Below, piece after piece: positions 42,935 to 56,200 of a stretch of DNA of 64,000 nucleotides. The position numbers and the translations under genes were made by a program. Every line of letters begins with the position of its first letter. Position 1 is the first letter of the stretch. Where the stretch lies: contig CM120642.1 of the NCBI GenBank assembly GCA_051362555.1, positions 9,920,001 through 9,984,000 on the forward strand, written 5' to 3'. The stretch is from Lingula anatina. Its lineage: Eukaryota; Animalia; Brachiopoda. Below the pieces are notes generated by a model. It did not search any database and was not told where the DNA came from. It saw only the letters and a list, made by a program, of their open reading frames with translations.

Positions 42935-45132
42935 ATTGTACCACCAGCGTAGGCGCTGGCGGTACCCATGGTTTTAGTCCCGACCCGTATGTTCCGCCGG
43001 CTCCTGCGGCTCCGCCGGCTCCTGCGGCTCCGCCGCCAAGTCACCGTTACCGCTTCTCCTCCTAGACGGTAAGGGCCCCTGTACCCATCTCTTGGATTTA
43101 GGTCACCTATAATCTCAACTCGTTCCACGTAAAATTTGGGCTTTGTCGGTATTGGGGTCTAGGTGTGGCACTCATTGCAATGCACCCTTGTCTAAAAATG
43201 GCAAAATTAAATGCTAATTATCTACCCTACGGAAGGAGTTATGGGAAAAATTTCTACAGACAGCTTTCCAAAAGTCATATGTGTAGATTTCAAATATGCC
43301 CTTGGATTTGACCTTTGACCTTTATTTCAAGGTCAAACGGGCCAAAATTTTCAAAAAAATGAAATTTTTTACGAAAAAAATTTTTTTTGCCCTGTTATTC
43401 AGATACCACACAGACTTAACCACTAATATTATTGGAAAGTGTAACCCTTCGGGTCATCTTTCATCTCCGTGAATTTGGGGTCAATCGTGCATTTTCACGG
43501 GAGTAGCGGCCATAAAGTACCGAAACTGAAAACTGTCTCTAATTCGGGAACCGTTAATGCTAGAGACCCATTCTTTTTTGCATTTTGTAGAGCATGTAAA
43601 GCCCAACACTGGAGGTGGTCTCCGTTTTTTTGTATTCCATACGGTTTTCAAGTTACACTGTATCAAAAAGTACATATTGGTGGTGAAAGCAAAATGTGCA
43701 GTACGGTAATGGATAATAAATTTTGAACTCTGGAAAAATAATACATAAGGCTTGGCAAAGCAGACAACTTGTGGTCAAAAATGACATTATTTCATCAAAT
43801 TTGAACTTCTGGAACTTCAGAGCACCTCCTATTTTAAGAATTTTGACCAAAATGATGTTTTCTTTATTTTAATTAATCTTTTCTGTAGGAAATTTATGGC
43901 ACATTATGGTAACTCCAAAATTATAACATTTAGTCCCTTATATCTCCAAAACTGGCAGAGATAGGTCCATAGTTACTATTGAAGTTGAATAGGAAGTCAT
44001 ATACTGGCAATCCAAATGTGACCTTAAAATTGACCTTTGACCTACTTTTCACCATGAACTGAACTTTGCAAATTTTGCTTCCCTTTTATCTCCAAAACTG
44101 GCAGAGATAGGTCCATAGTTACTATTGAAGTTGAATGGGAAGTCATATACTGGCAATCTAAATGTGACCTTAAAATTGACCTTTGACCTACTTTTCACCA
44201 TGAACTGAACTTTGCAAATTTTGCTTCCCTTTTATCTCCAAAACTGGCACAGATTGGTCCATGGTTACTGTTGAACTTGAATAGGAAGTCATATACTGGC
44301 AATCTAAATGTGACCTTAAAATTGACCTTTTACCTACTTTTCACCATGAACTGAACTTTGCAAATTTTGCTTCCCTTTAATCTCCAAAACTGGCAGAGAT
44401 AGGTCCATAGTTACTATTGAAGTTGAATGGGAAGTCATATACTGGCAATCTTACTGTGACCTTGAAATTGACCTTTGACCTACTTTTCACCATGAACTGA
44501 ATTTTGCAAATTTTGCTTCCCTTTTATCTCTAAAACTGGCAGAGATAGGTCCATAGTTACTATTGAACTTGAATAGGAAGTCATATACTGGCAATCTAAG
44601 TGTGACCTTGAAATTGACCTTTGACCCACTTTTTATCATGAACTGAACTCTGCTAATTTCTTTCTCTTTTAACTCCAAACCTGGCAGAGATAGGTCCATA
44701 GTTACTATTGAAGTTGAATAGGAAGTCATATACTGGCAATCTAAATGTGACCTTAAAATTGACCTTTGACCTACTTTTCACCATGAACTGAACTTTGCAA
44801 ATTTTGCTTCCCTTATATCTCCAAAACTGGCAGAGATAGGTCCATAGTTACTATTGAAGTTGAATAGGAAGTCATATACTGGCAATTTACTGTGACCTTG
44901 AAAATGACCTTTCACCTACCTTACGATGAACTTAAATTTGATTGTACCATTTTCAGTTTCATATATTTTTTGCATATATTGAAAATTCTTGTTGATTGCA
45001 TGTTTACAGCTTGTCAAGCACAAGACTGGTGGCTGTGTCCCTTATTTTGTGTATGTGGGGGTCTATACGAATGCGCTTGCTCCAGCTGGTGGTACAATAT
45101 TCGGAGGCGGTATCGCCTCTCTGATCCTCTAG
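42935..45132 (+). mobile_element. Non-autonomous Helentron (HINE/DINE-1-like), right copy
   Basis: 5' ATTGTACCACCAGC-gtaggc-GCTGGCGGTAC; (GCCGGCTCC/GCGGCTCC)n microsatellite; 146-bp tandem array; 3' subTIR GCTGGTGGTACAAT (45085-45098); hairpin GAGGCG-gtat-CGCCTC (45104-45119); ends CTAG then a T-run. Confidence 0.8.
43935..44920. repeat. Same 146-bp satellite, inverted (about 6.7 units), inside the right Helentron
   Basis: ACTGGCAA anchor at 44003, 44149, 44295, 44441, 44587, 44732, 44878. Confidence 0.95.
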
Positions 45133-48100
45133 TTTTTTTCAAGAAAAAAGCATTTTTTTCCTTCTCAAAAATCATCATTCTCACTTGGATTTGATGTTTT
45201 ATACCTCTTCCAGTGTCATAAATTAATCTATTCTTAATGTTTGGCCTGACGTTTGACCATTATGCTTTCCTGTACATGTACTGTACATTTTAGAAGAAAA
45301 TATCAACATCATGGACTTTTATTTGAGGGTTATTATCCTTTCAAATTCTAAATTTGAAAAGCTCAGTAGCTTTGCTGGATATGTAGTCACAGTAAAAGCA
45401 GATAGTGGGCCTGTAATGAAGTGTTCACTGTGATAGCAGCATTTCGTTGTAACTGTTTTAACTAAGTGAGACCCAAAACTTGGTAGAATTACTCTCAATT
45501 GTCACAGTTATGTTGCATTTTATTCACAGGTCAGAAAGACTGATATTTATAACTATACACATCATTTTTATTGAAGCACAGATTGACGTAATTTTTAAAG
45601 ATGGAAACCTTTACGTGGAAGATTAAATCCTTAATGATATTTAATGGAAATTTTTACTGATTAAATGAAAGTTTTTCATTTAATCTTTTAAATGGAAAAT
45701 CCTTGAGGCATAACCCCCTTTGGGTTTGCTTTGTGGATGTAGTATCAGGTTTGAAATACAGCTTATAAAATACATTACAGTACATAATACGTAGGCACAG
45801 TTCAGTACCTAATGATGTAACATTTGAGTTATTTTAAGATTTTATCATAGCTTAATTATACATAGTTAATTGCTTAATTTTACATGTTTAATTTATTTGT
45901 ATTATGATTACTGAAAGGAATGTTATATATAATATAGGGTGTGCAAGTGTTTACTGCATTCCCAGTGGTATAAACCAGAATAACAATAATATTACATATT
46001 AATACACTTGCTTCTTAATAAGCACCTTGTGTGTTTGACTGAGTTTGTCACTAAATTATATAACTATACAGGTATGAAGAGAGTGATTAAAGGACCTCTG
46101 TGGTATTTACAATATTTTCATAATATTGCAAAGTTCAATAGAGTAAAATCGATATATTTTCGTGTGATGAAGTGATAAAGCAGGTATTTCATGGAAAATT
46201 GTGGGAAGGCGTGAAGTAAAACAGCAAGGTGTTGTATGAGTGTGATTTATGCTTGGATTGTGTCACTTAGGTTTGTGTTTAATTAAATTATAGCATTGGA
46301 ATGTACAGGCACCATAAACAGTTTAAGTTTAATTTCAATATTACAAAATGATTTAAACGACTCCCTTCTCACACCTGTAGCAGGGCAAGAGCACTTGAAA
46401 TGTAAGACTACATAAGTATTACCCAACTTTTTGCACAGATATATCCACTTGATTAGTCAAAGATGATAATGAGATTGGACACTCCCTTGTTAGAATATGG
46501 ATTTGTAGCTAATTAAAATTTTTTTTAAATGTGACCTGCTGCAAATTACCTCCTGTATAATGTGTGTGTAACTTATAAGAAAAAGACATTTCAAAGGTTT
46601 TAATAGCTATTCTTATATCAAATCATCACAATCTTTATGTCTAATTTAACATTTTTAATGAAGTGAAATATGGAAGGAATTATAAGGTCACCATGATAAT
46701 GAATGTTTTTATAAATTAAGACTTTTTTAAGATATCACATAGGTAAGAGCTGTGATTTTTGAAAATTAAACTTTTAGTGTACAAATTTACAAGATGGCAA
46801 AGATATTTAGCAAACGTAGGTCATTCATGGGAACTAAATGCACTGAATCTGAGATTCAATTCAACATATTTCAGATGACTGCACTTCTTGCAGTTGATGC
46901 CCTGTAAGAAAATGAGACAATATTCAAATTGAATACTAAATTCTAGATCCCGAGGAATATATGGCTGTAGGAATTTGAACATTGATTATAGATCTTATCA
47001 CCACTTTGATATTCTAGATTAAAATGAGCCAAACTTGTTCCTAGGGCCATTAGTTGGGACAAGAAAGCAAATAGTATAGAATATCTGTCAACAAATATTT
47101 AGAAACCACTATAAACAAGTAGTTGACCAGTGACAAAAGGTGACGTGTAATAAGATATCCTGAAAATATTCACTGTTGAGAACTCTTCAAGCGCATTCTT
47201 GTTAAAAGCTGTGCCATGGCCAGATTATTCTGATATATAGCAACATGCCGGGATATTTACCGGAGGTTTCTATATATGCTGATGTTATTAGCTAAGAAGC
47301 ATGTAAAGTAGAGATTAAAATCATCCGTGCATTATTCTGAAAGTCAACACAATTAATAGTTGGTGGTTGATTTTTTCATAAGACAGTGTAAATATATGTT
47401 GCAGATCTGAAGTACCGCCCCTGTTTTGTTTACACTTCGTATTCCATTCATTTGACACCTGTTTAAAATTAAGATTGTCTCAGCAGTCCATTTGGTGACC
47501 TTGGACTTTGGGGTCGAATGAAAGTGGCAGTGGTGTATTTTGATAAATTGCAAGAATTTTCTCCATGAACTTAGTCTAAAAAGATCCATGCTCCAGTGAA
47601 TGCCATTGTTTCTGATCACAGTGTTTTTGTTATTATTATGGCTTTGGCAACAAAAGTTGCAGGCTTCCTACCTTGGTATGTTAGTACACTTAACTGATTT
47701 TCCCTGTTTTAAAACTTTCAATAATAAAATTATTTACACCTTATATTACTGAAATATTTTAAAAAATTTTAGTAGCTGAGGGCTGTGCACATGTTTTGTT
47801 TGAAAATTCAAGGATAAATTCTAGAGAGAAAAAACTGCTCCAAAACAATTATACTCTAACAACGTAAGGTTCAAAGTAAAATTTGGCATATCCATCAGCA
47901 CACTTAGGATTTGCTAAAAGGGAAAGTTAGGAGATGCAAATCAAATATTTTTTGCATTGCTGAAGGCCCTTTTCTGAGTGAAGGACAAATTATCAATGCC
48001 TTTACTTTTTTTACTGCTGAAAGCAATAGTGAAAGGTACACAGAGATTGAATTTACACTTACAGCAATCAATAGGAGTATCTGATACTTTTTACATTCAA

Positions 48101-50551
48101 CATATTTAACATTTGCGCTAAACCAAATGAAGTAACTGTTCTAGTTAAAAAAAAATCTTCAGAATTTTAAATTGAATTATGTCAAGTCTGAAGTATCCAA
48201 ACATAAATGTCTGTACATTTAATGGTAAGTGTTTGGTTAAAGAACCTGTGGAAACGAAGTCAAACAGAAAGTTTCCCATTGACACAAAAGGTCTGGCACT
48301 GAACATGGTATTCATTTTACTAGCCAATATTGATTCTGAGATTTATTTTTTGAGAACTTTGAAACTGAATATCAATTGAATTAATTTTTGCCAATACTTT
48401 TATTGAAAAGGAAATGTTTGGTCAAGTTATCAAGGTCTGTACTTTGTGAATTCTTTTTTGTGACCAAATTTATAGTTTCAAGTACATAATTCTGAAAATA
48501 TTTGATCTCATTCTACAAAGGTTTTTTATTGTTGAAAATTTGAAGCATGTGAACTGACAATTATTTTGCAAAGATCCAGATTCTTTTGAAAAAAAAAAAA
48601 AAAAAAAACGATCATGTCAAAGGGGTTTCGTTGTGCCTATAGCTAATCATTAGATAAAAAAACAAAATTACGTTTGCTTAGAAATACTATTGATTAACTA
48701 TGACACTGAAAAACCTATTCAAGGTTTGCAAACAGTTAAGCAGTATCTAAATTGATTGTTACATAGCTACCTATTATGTGGTAAATTTGTTTAGTAAGGC
48801 ATGGTTCATGGCTTTCAGATTGAAATAAAGATTTGCTACGATTCATGTTGTATGGAAAAAAAATTCATTCTGTCGCCTCCTGAGCAATACATGTGAAACA
48901 TGAAGTGAAATCAATATTATTTTAAGAAATTGAGAGAAGTACCATTTTATAATTATCAAAAGAACTTTTCTTTTATTGTTTGATCACCAAATGTAACAAA
49001 GGGCAAACTGGTCACTGGTTGAGCGTTATTGATGTTTTTGTTATTTAGAGACTATTTTACCTTGTTTTTCTTACACAGATGGACCATTTAAAAGGCTAAT
49101 TTTTTGTAAACAATATTGTCTTGGTTTGTATTTTATTTTGTGACCACATGTTCCTGCTTACAGAGTGTGTTTTGGAAAATCCAAGAATGTACCCAGTTTA
49201 TTCCATTTAGCTTTTTATTTAATCAACATAGTTTTCATTCAGATATAGATTAAACATTTTATATATAAAATTCTTTAATGCTCTATACACATGGCACTCA
49301 TGAGATTGCATATTGGACATGTAATTGGTTGTAGAAGAGAATACTTAACAGTGGGGAAGAAATTCAAGAGAAAAAGTAAAACATTGAACATGTCCATGTT
49401 GCTCTCTCCTGCTGTTTAATGCAACTTAAAGGCAAATAGTAACTCTATACGTCTGGCTTAATTGAGTTTATGCTTAGGTGCATTTCTTATGAAATAGTGC
49501 ATGACGAAAGTAACGAGGAATAAAAAAGCACAGCTTTAGTTAAAGAAACTACACCTTTGAAAATATTTGTTCATGCATTCAGTTTATTGTGGAATGTTAA
49601 GTCATGGATAGCCTAGCTGCTTTACAATACCCAGGCCCAACTCTGCTTAATTTTGAATAATTGTGTTAAAATTACATCAGAGTTTCATGGACTTCATTAA
49701 AATTGGTTTTAATAATATCTACACGGAGTTCTTTTTTGAGCCTTATCAAGTGTTAATCAGACAGTCTTTATATTATTAGATTTAGAGCTAAAATATATAT
49801 TTTTTCACTTTTTTTGAACAAAATCTAATCAGGGTGATAGGATGTGAGAAATGCAAAATATTATCTAAAATAAAAGCTACATGTAACAGTTTAGTCTAAA
49901 ACAAATTAATGGCAAGAATTTCATTTGTCTTTGAACTAAAGACTGAAGAACAATGCACAACAAACATATTTTCTCCATTTTGCATCAGCTTAAAGCTTTA
50001 ATCAATTTACATTTGGACACCTGGGTTGAAAGGTGAATAAAGACCAGGGTCCTTTTTTTAGCAGTCACATTATGCCTCAGGAATGGGCCCATTTTTAGAC
50101 AGAATGCCTTTGCTAAGCCTACTGTTTGTGTGTTGCACATGAACACATTGAACCCTCATTTGTTACTGACAATTTAGGGCAAATGATTTTCACTTTCAAT
50201 GCGGAGGGTTTTATGATATCTTTGTAGGCTGCAGGCGTGTGATTACTCAAAGAATGCTTGAGTACATATTTACACAATCTGGATCTAAAAGGTGTACGTT
50301 TCATTGGTTAGGGCAAAGAATGCCCACTGTTAACTGTTTAGCCACGGTTAAACAGCTTCTGTTATTTATTTTCCTTTAGCTCAGCAACAAGAACCAAATA
50401 GTTTAATCAGGCCCATTTAGTGACAGTGCCCCTCATGGTCTGGGTGGACAGCTTATTAAAACATATTTGCACATACACTGCGGATAAACCACCATAACTC
50501 TCACACTAATAGCTTTTAACTGAATGAAGTGTTCCCGCTGTTATACGTTAC

Positions 50552-50672
50552 TTAAGGCAGCAATTTTTTTTAAAATCGATGGTTAAATCCTTTAAAGGCA
50601 GCAATTTTTTTTAAATCTATGGTTAAATCCTTTAAAGGCAGCATTTTTTAAAAATCTATGGTTAAATCCTTT
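50552..50672. repeat. About 40-bp minisatellite, 3 copies
   Basis: Unit approximately AAGGCAGCAATTTTTTTTAAATCTATGGTTAAATCCTTTA. Confidence 0.85.
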
Positions 50673-51652
50673 ACAGCTGCATAAAAAAATTAATCAAAAT
50701 TTAGCTTTGAGTTTTTAAGGATATTATTCAAGGGATCACCATTATATCCCCTTCCCTCCCTCCTCCTCCCCACCCCCTGTCAACTGTTCAATTCTGTTTT
50801 GGCACACTTTTATCTCCCATAAATCACCATCAAACACCAATAATTCCTGGTTCCCCATTGAGCCAGTCACTTGATTGCTCTTCAAGTGATAATCTGTTAC
50901 TCTTATAACAGGCTTGCTATGCAAACAGCCAATAAAATAGCAGAGCCCCTACGCCATCAAGTTGACTTTATCGACCCCCAACAGCCTCCCAAATAACTGT
51001 AAAAATTAGAATCATGTAATATTGTCATTAAGACGACCAAGTACATGTCCGTCTGGAATGGCAATGCATTATTCACAGGCACAATGAAGAAATCCATATG
51101 GTTTATAAGCTATACAATTGGCCAACAAAGCAACGTGTGAGTGTTGTTAACAATTACGTTTGAATGTTGCATTGTGGTAACTAAATTGGGAAGCCGCAAC
51201 AGAAGACGGCTTATAGCAACTCATAGTATTGAGTAAGAAAGAACCTATATATTGGACATGGACCAGAACAACCGTAGAGAATTACATAGGAATAATTAGT
51301 AGCCTGATCGGTGGAGAAGGTGGACCACAGTGGGCATCAATCCTTAGTGACCACACTAACAAGCGGGGTTATTCAAGGATGGATGACAGGAGGTGGATAA
51401 GAGTCATACAACACAATTGTAGGACTGTTGACATTGCTCACTGAAGAGTTTGGACATGGAAATAAAGACGGGATTAAAGGTTTCCGAGTTTTGTTTAGCA
51501 AGTGTCTGCCGGCTTTGGAAAGAATCATGTGGACATTGACGCATGCATCTGTTGACTATGCCTCGCTTGACTGCTACTAGTGGAAAAGTTTGATTTTAAT
51601 TTTTACTTAAATATTTTTGTACATTTGGTGGAAATTCAACACAGAATTCCAA

Positions 51653-53221
51653 ATGGCAACTTATGTGGAAGGCATAGATGAATATCATGAAAAACTGAAA
51701 CCTTTTCCCAACCCTTTTGTCTGGGTGATACCAGACTATGCAATGAAAAGGGTGAAACTTTCTCTCGATGACTGGGAAGAAAGGGGAAATAGTCGCACAG
51801 ACTTGGGATTAGAAAATTTCAAAGGATTTTTGTGTGTACGCCTGGACAATGATAGGGATGCAGCACGGAAGTGTTTTCTCAATGTCCTTTCACATGATCC
51901 GAAGAATATTGTTGCAAAAGCGTGTCTTGGAAAATTGGCAATTGAAGAAAAAAATGAGGCAGAAGTGAAAAAACGACTGGCAGAATTAGAAGAATTAGAA
52001 CAAGATGAACTAGCTATGTGTCAGGCGAAGTGTGAAGAAGCCTTCATTACGGCTCGCCTTGGTCATATGTTTACTGGTCCAGCAAGAGACTGTTTTAGAA
52101 AACTGTATAAAGATAGCCTCGGTCACACTGAAGTTGTGTCAGAAATTGCTCTTCTAGACCTCCGCTCTTTAGAGGAGAAATTCGAAAAGAAACAAGAATG
52201 TGAAGAGGAAGACATTATGGGAATGCTTAATATTGTTATGAAGCATTTACGCAATGTGTACAGTCTAGTGGAAAAGCCTGACAGTATCATTTACGGACGC
52301 TTCGTCCACTTGCATGAAGTTGCCATGACAACTGCTGCTGGTCGCAAATGGCTGCGAAAACAGGAAGAACGCGAAGAAGATTGGCATACAGCAGAATACT
52401 ATTACCAGCGTGGAAAGTTGATGCTTTTAGGTGACCGCAGAGATCTATATCTTTACAACTGTATGATACGATACTTTAGAAAGACTGGTGATCCAAAACG
52501 TGCTCTGGATGTCATAGATCATGCCATTAAAAAATTGCCAGAAGAATTTCGTTTACTTTATCAGCATGGCAAAGTTGCTCTCGATGCAACAAGGAAAAAG
52601 GTGGAACTGGACAAAGAGGCCAAGTCAAAGGCCGAGGTTAATTTATTACATGCTGCCAGACTACAACCAATGTATCCCAACATACATGGGGTATTAGGCC
52701 AGTTCTACATAGAAGTGATGCATGAACTCACTAAAGGGCAACAGCACTTTCAAACGGCAATCATTCTCTTAGAGGAGAAAAAGGACATTTATGGAGTGAT
52801 CCGTGAACATCAGTACTGGTGTAAAAGCCTAGCATTAGCCAAGGAATTGGACCCTTGCGTGAAGCAGATGCACACTGCCCTTGATATGGCAAAGACACTA
52901 CAGTCAACACGGGCGTCAAAGTCACTGACGGAACTCTTTAGGCAATTAAAGGAAGATGAACCGGAGGATGCTTTCTACATTCTGTGTTCTGGTTATTTAA
53001 GCCTTCGCATAGGGAAAACAGAGGAAGCTCTAATCACCTTTCAGAAAGCGGACAAGTTTGAACAGAGCTTGTGGACCTGTATAGCTCTCACCGAGGCCTA
53101 TCTTGCCAAGAAGAACTATTTTGAGGCAGAGGCCTGGCTGGAGAAGGCGAGGGCATATGGTAATGAAACCAAAGAATTCAAGATAAAAGAACTGCAAGAC
53201 AGACTGGATGAATTACGATGA
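51653..53221 (+). CDS. Intronless TPR-repeat protein, TTC22/IFIT-like (paralog 1, 522 aa from ATG 51653)
   Basis: Uninterrupted 1.57-kb ORF in very AT-rich DNA; TPR-like helices (AARKCFLNVLSHDPKNIVAKACLGKL; ALDVIDHAIKKLPEEFRLLYQHG; GYLSLRIGKTEEALITFQKA). The first resembles TTC22 ARECFLEV...PGNLNAWANL as recalled; EKLKPFPNPFVW loosely resembles the IFIT L..L.CHFTW N-terminus. Family call is less sure than coding status. Confidence 0.8.
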   Translation: MATYVEGIDEYHEKLKPFPNPFVWVIPDYAMKRVKLSLDDWEERGNSRTDLGLENFKGFLCVRLDNDRDAARKCFLNVLSHDPKNIVAKACLGKLAIEEKNEAEVKKRLAELEELEQDELAMCQAKCEEAFITARLGHMFTGPARDCFRKLYKDSLGHTEVVSEIALLDLRSLEEKFEKKQECEEEDIMGMLNIVMKHLRNVYSLVEKPDSIIYGRFVHLHEVAMTTAAGRKWLRKQEEREEDWHTAEYYYQRGKLMLLGDRRDLYLYNCMIRYFRKTGDPKRALDVIDHAIKKLPEEFRLLYQHGKVALDATRKKVELDKEAKSKAEVNLLHAARLQPMYPNIHGVLGQFYIEVMHELTKGQQHFQTAIILLEEKKDIYGVIREHQYWCKSLALAKELDPCVKQMHTALDMAKTLQSTRASKSLTELFRQLKEDEPEDAFYILCSGYLSLRIGKTEEALITFQKADKFEQSLWTCIALTEAYLAKKNYFEAEAWLEKARAYGNETKEFKIKELQDRLDELR

Positions 53222-56200
53222 TGATGATGATGATGGCTAGAAGGTAATAGGGTTATTAAGAAATATAACCAAACTAGATTCTTTATGCTAGAATGTAATA
53301 TAAGTTTCAAATTTATGTGAAAAAGAAAGGGTAACATTTATGTAAAAGAAAGCATTTATGACTGAAATGGCCAATTTCTTTCTTGTTATGAGAGCTTAAG
53401 ATGAGAAGTATAGGATGTTATATGTTAGAAGCTTGATGGTGAAGCTTCAAAGTGCCAAAATTTCTGTGTTAATTTGAAGATATAGACTATATCAGTTTGT
53501 AATTATTTTAATGAAGTATAGTTAATCTATTTGTCAGAGAAAACTCTTCATTTACTCAATTATTTAGAATAGAAAAATTTCCTGTCTTATCCTGTGAAGG
53601 CTTTGATTTAACAAGGGGTTTGGCTCTTAACATGTTAATGTTGTACTCAGCCATGTTTGACAAACAGGGTACTTTACACTTGACATTAAGTGTTTGTGCT
53701 TCTTTTACCATTCAGCAAAAAATGGAGTGTGTACAACTGTAATTTGACTTTAAAGCTTAGCAAACATATAAAGGTGAAATATTATTCCCTGTACATCATG
53801 ATATTGACAGATATATGATAGATGGCCTTTTGAAACTGATCCTAAGTAATGAAAAAAGTTGAAAAAAACTGACTCAGGCAGGTGAAAAATTATATAAATG
53901 ACAATTAAAGTCATGCTTAGAGTCTATTAGATATTTTTGAATTGTCAAATCAGAAATTACTTTGTTTGAACCAGTTTATTTTTCTCTAATTTTTATTTGT
54001 AAGCAATCATTACTTAACACCAATAACAAACAGATCTGTAACCAGGCATTTAAATGGATTTACTATTGGAAAACTTATCAGATTGACTTTTCTTCTTGAT
54101 GATGACACTTTTTCTAGTTTCTTAAAATTAATTCTACATTTAAAAAAGAATCATTTCATCTTTACATTTGGAAAGTTGCAGGATAGAAATTGACTTTAGA
54201 TAAAGAAATTGAAAGCAATTCTGATTTTAATTGTATACTCAAAATAACTTCCAAAACTTGAATGTTGAAAAGTCTTGTTTGTAAGCTACCCCTTGTGAAA
54301 AATTGATTATTCCTGTATTGCTCAATTTTCACACATCATGAGACTGTTGCACTCACCATTGTGTTCACAAACTTTCTTTTTATACAGCCAGTTTGAAAAA
54401 TTGATTTACCAATAGTACAGTAGGAAATTTATTCAATTCAATGGTCTTCTTCGATTTGAAATCTGAACTTTAGAGACAGACACCAAAAATTGATTTTAGA
54501 ACAATAACACTTGCACAAAAGCAACAATGAATGTTCATTATGTTCAACCTTTACAGTTAATATAAGATCCAATATGCAACCTTCAGAAGTTACCTTGTAA
54601 TACAAAAACTTGATATTTGATTAAACAGTGCATTGACAACTGGGGTGTCAGAAGTTCCTGTTCACAATCATGGAGAGGAAGTGATCTTTGATTGGGATGT
54701 CGCTAGCACATTAGAGTTACGACCCTAACATAAAAATGATAATATGTGTTACCATAAAGATGATGCTATAAAAATAACTGTAAAATGTGATGCCATTTTT
54801 TGGGAAATTGTTCAGTGAACAGCTGTTATTGAATTGTTACTTGTTTGTTAAAAGCGGATAGCTTTTTTCAGTGCTTGGAGTATATAGACCTAGTTTTCTG
54901 ATATAATTGCTCAAGTGGCATGCTTTGTGATCATGAGAGTAGAAAGAGAGTAGAAATACCCATGACAAAATTATGACAGAAATTGTCTGAAGAATACAAG
55001 CTTGAATGTGATAAAATTATTTCTTTCAAGAAAAGAAAAAAAAACTAGTTTGAAAGTTTGCATATGTGTCAAAAGTAAAAAAATAAATGTTATTCTGTCC
55101 ATAATTTCTGTGATACTGGGTATATAATTTTGAAATAAAATATGCTGTGGCAGTATTGTACACAAATTCCATCATGCGGCCTACGTTGACTTGTTAAGTA
55201 TTACCACACTTTTCACCTTGTCATGTATGTACATGCACATACATGACATTAAGGAATGAAAGAATGCCATAATCTACCAACGCATGGCAGCGAGGTGTTT
55301 GTCCCCCTTCAGACTCTTTGGCTTAACTCTGGGACTAGCTAAGAAAGTTTAAGGCAGGGTGTTTACCCAGCAAACACAATTAGTTGGTAGCACTGGTGAT
55401 TTGCTTGCGAAGGTGACAATCACAGTAGTGGAGGGGTCAGGTGTCTCAATTGTCGGCACAAGCTGTTGTCTACATGTTATCTAAGGGACCTAAGCCAGCA
55501 TGAATTTTATGTAATTGATCTAACAATATGCTGTGATCCCAGTGAATTGTTACTGTTTACTTTTGACTGTTGGCGATTGTCATTGACTTTGTTATTGTTG
55601 TATTAGGTTATTGGGGATGGCATCGCTTGAGTGAGTAACTTTGTTTTTGTTTGGAGGCATTGCTTAGGTACTACGGGCTCTCCCTTGGCACTTGGTTCAG
55701 TGAACTTAGTACAGTTTAATGTCGGCATTTATGAAGGAGTGTTAGATCATACAATGTTTACACTTTAGGTCAGTCCAATTTCATAATTTTTTCTTTTAGC
55801 TCAGTATAACTTTAAGCTTTCCTGTCAAGAAATATACTGAACAAATTTAGAAAAAAATGAAATATTTTCCAGTTTTTATGGTAATCCTTTTTAAAGCAAT
55901 TTATTTGAAGGCAAAAATGTTCTGCGCTAAAGCAGGAAGACAACCTAGACTGTACCTGCGCATGTGTTTTTAGTTCTTTGGGAAAATGTTAGACTTAAAA
56001 AACAATGCAGTCAGCTGTGTAAATCACTCACTTGAATGTTGTAGAGTGTCTTCAAACAAGTATAGTTATTTCAGAATACTTATTTAACAAATATTTCAAT
56101 GGATAGCAACCTTATGTAAGGACTATGTCAACATCAGAGGTTGCATTTCCTGAGGAAGGTGACTTGACAGCTTTCAAAATATTGATTGGACAAAATATAT

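Noticed and set aside
40553-44920. Regularly spaced repeats that might suggest a CRISPR-like array
   Set aside because: Units are contiguous near-identical 146-bp monomers with no unique spacers, no cas genes, and a eukaryotic context.
40350-45194. Numerous mirrored 60-100 aa ORFs (MVKSRSKVNF..., MHFHGSSGHK..., PPAPPAP...)
   Set aside because: By-products of the satellite and inverted repeat; frames shift between units and there are no Rep/helicase or transposase motifs.
50188-50197. ISRE/IRF-like GAAAGTGAAA (minus) 1.45 kb upstream of TPR paralog 1
   Set aside because: The same 10-mer occurs in a MARCH intron (about 32552); expected by chance in AT-rich DNA and the TSS is unknown.
51229-51444. 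71-aa ORF upstream of TPR paralog 1 (and 121-aa ORF 63235-63600 upstream of paralog 2)
   Set aside because: No convincing ATG start, no mutual similarity and no recognisable domain; probably UTR or intron sequence.
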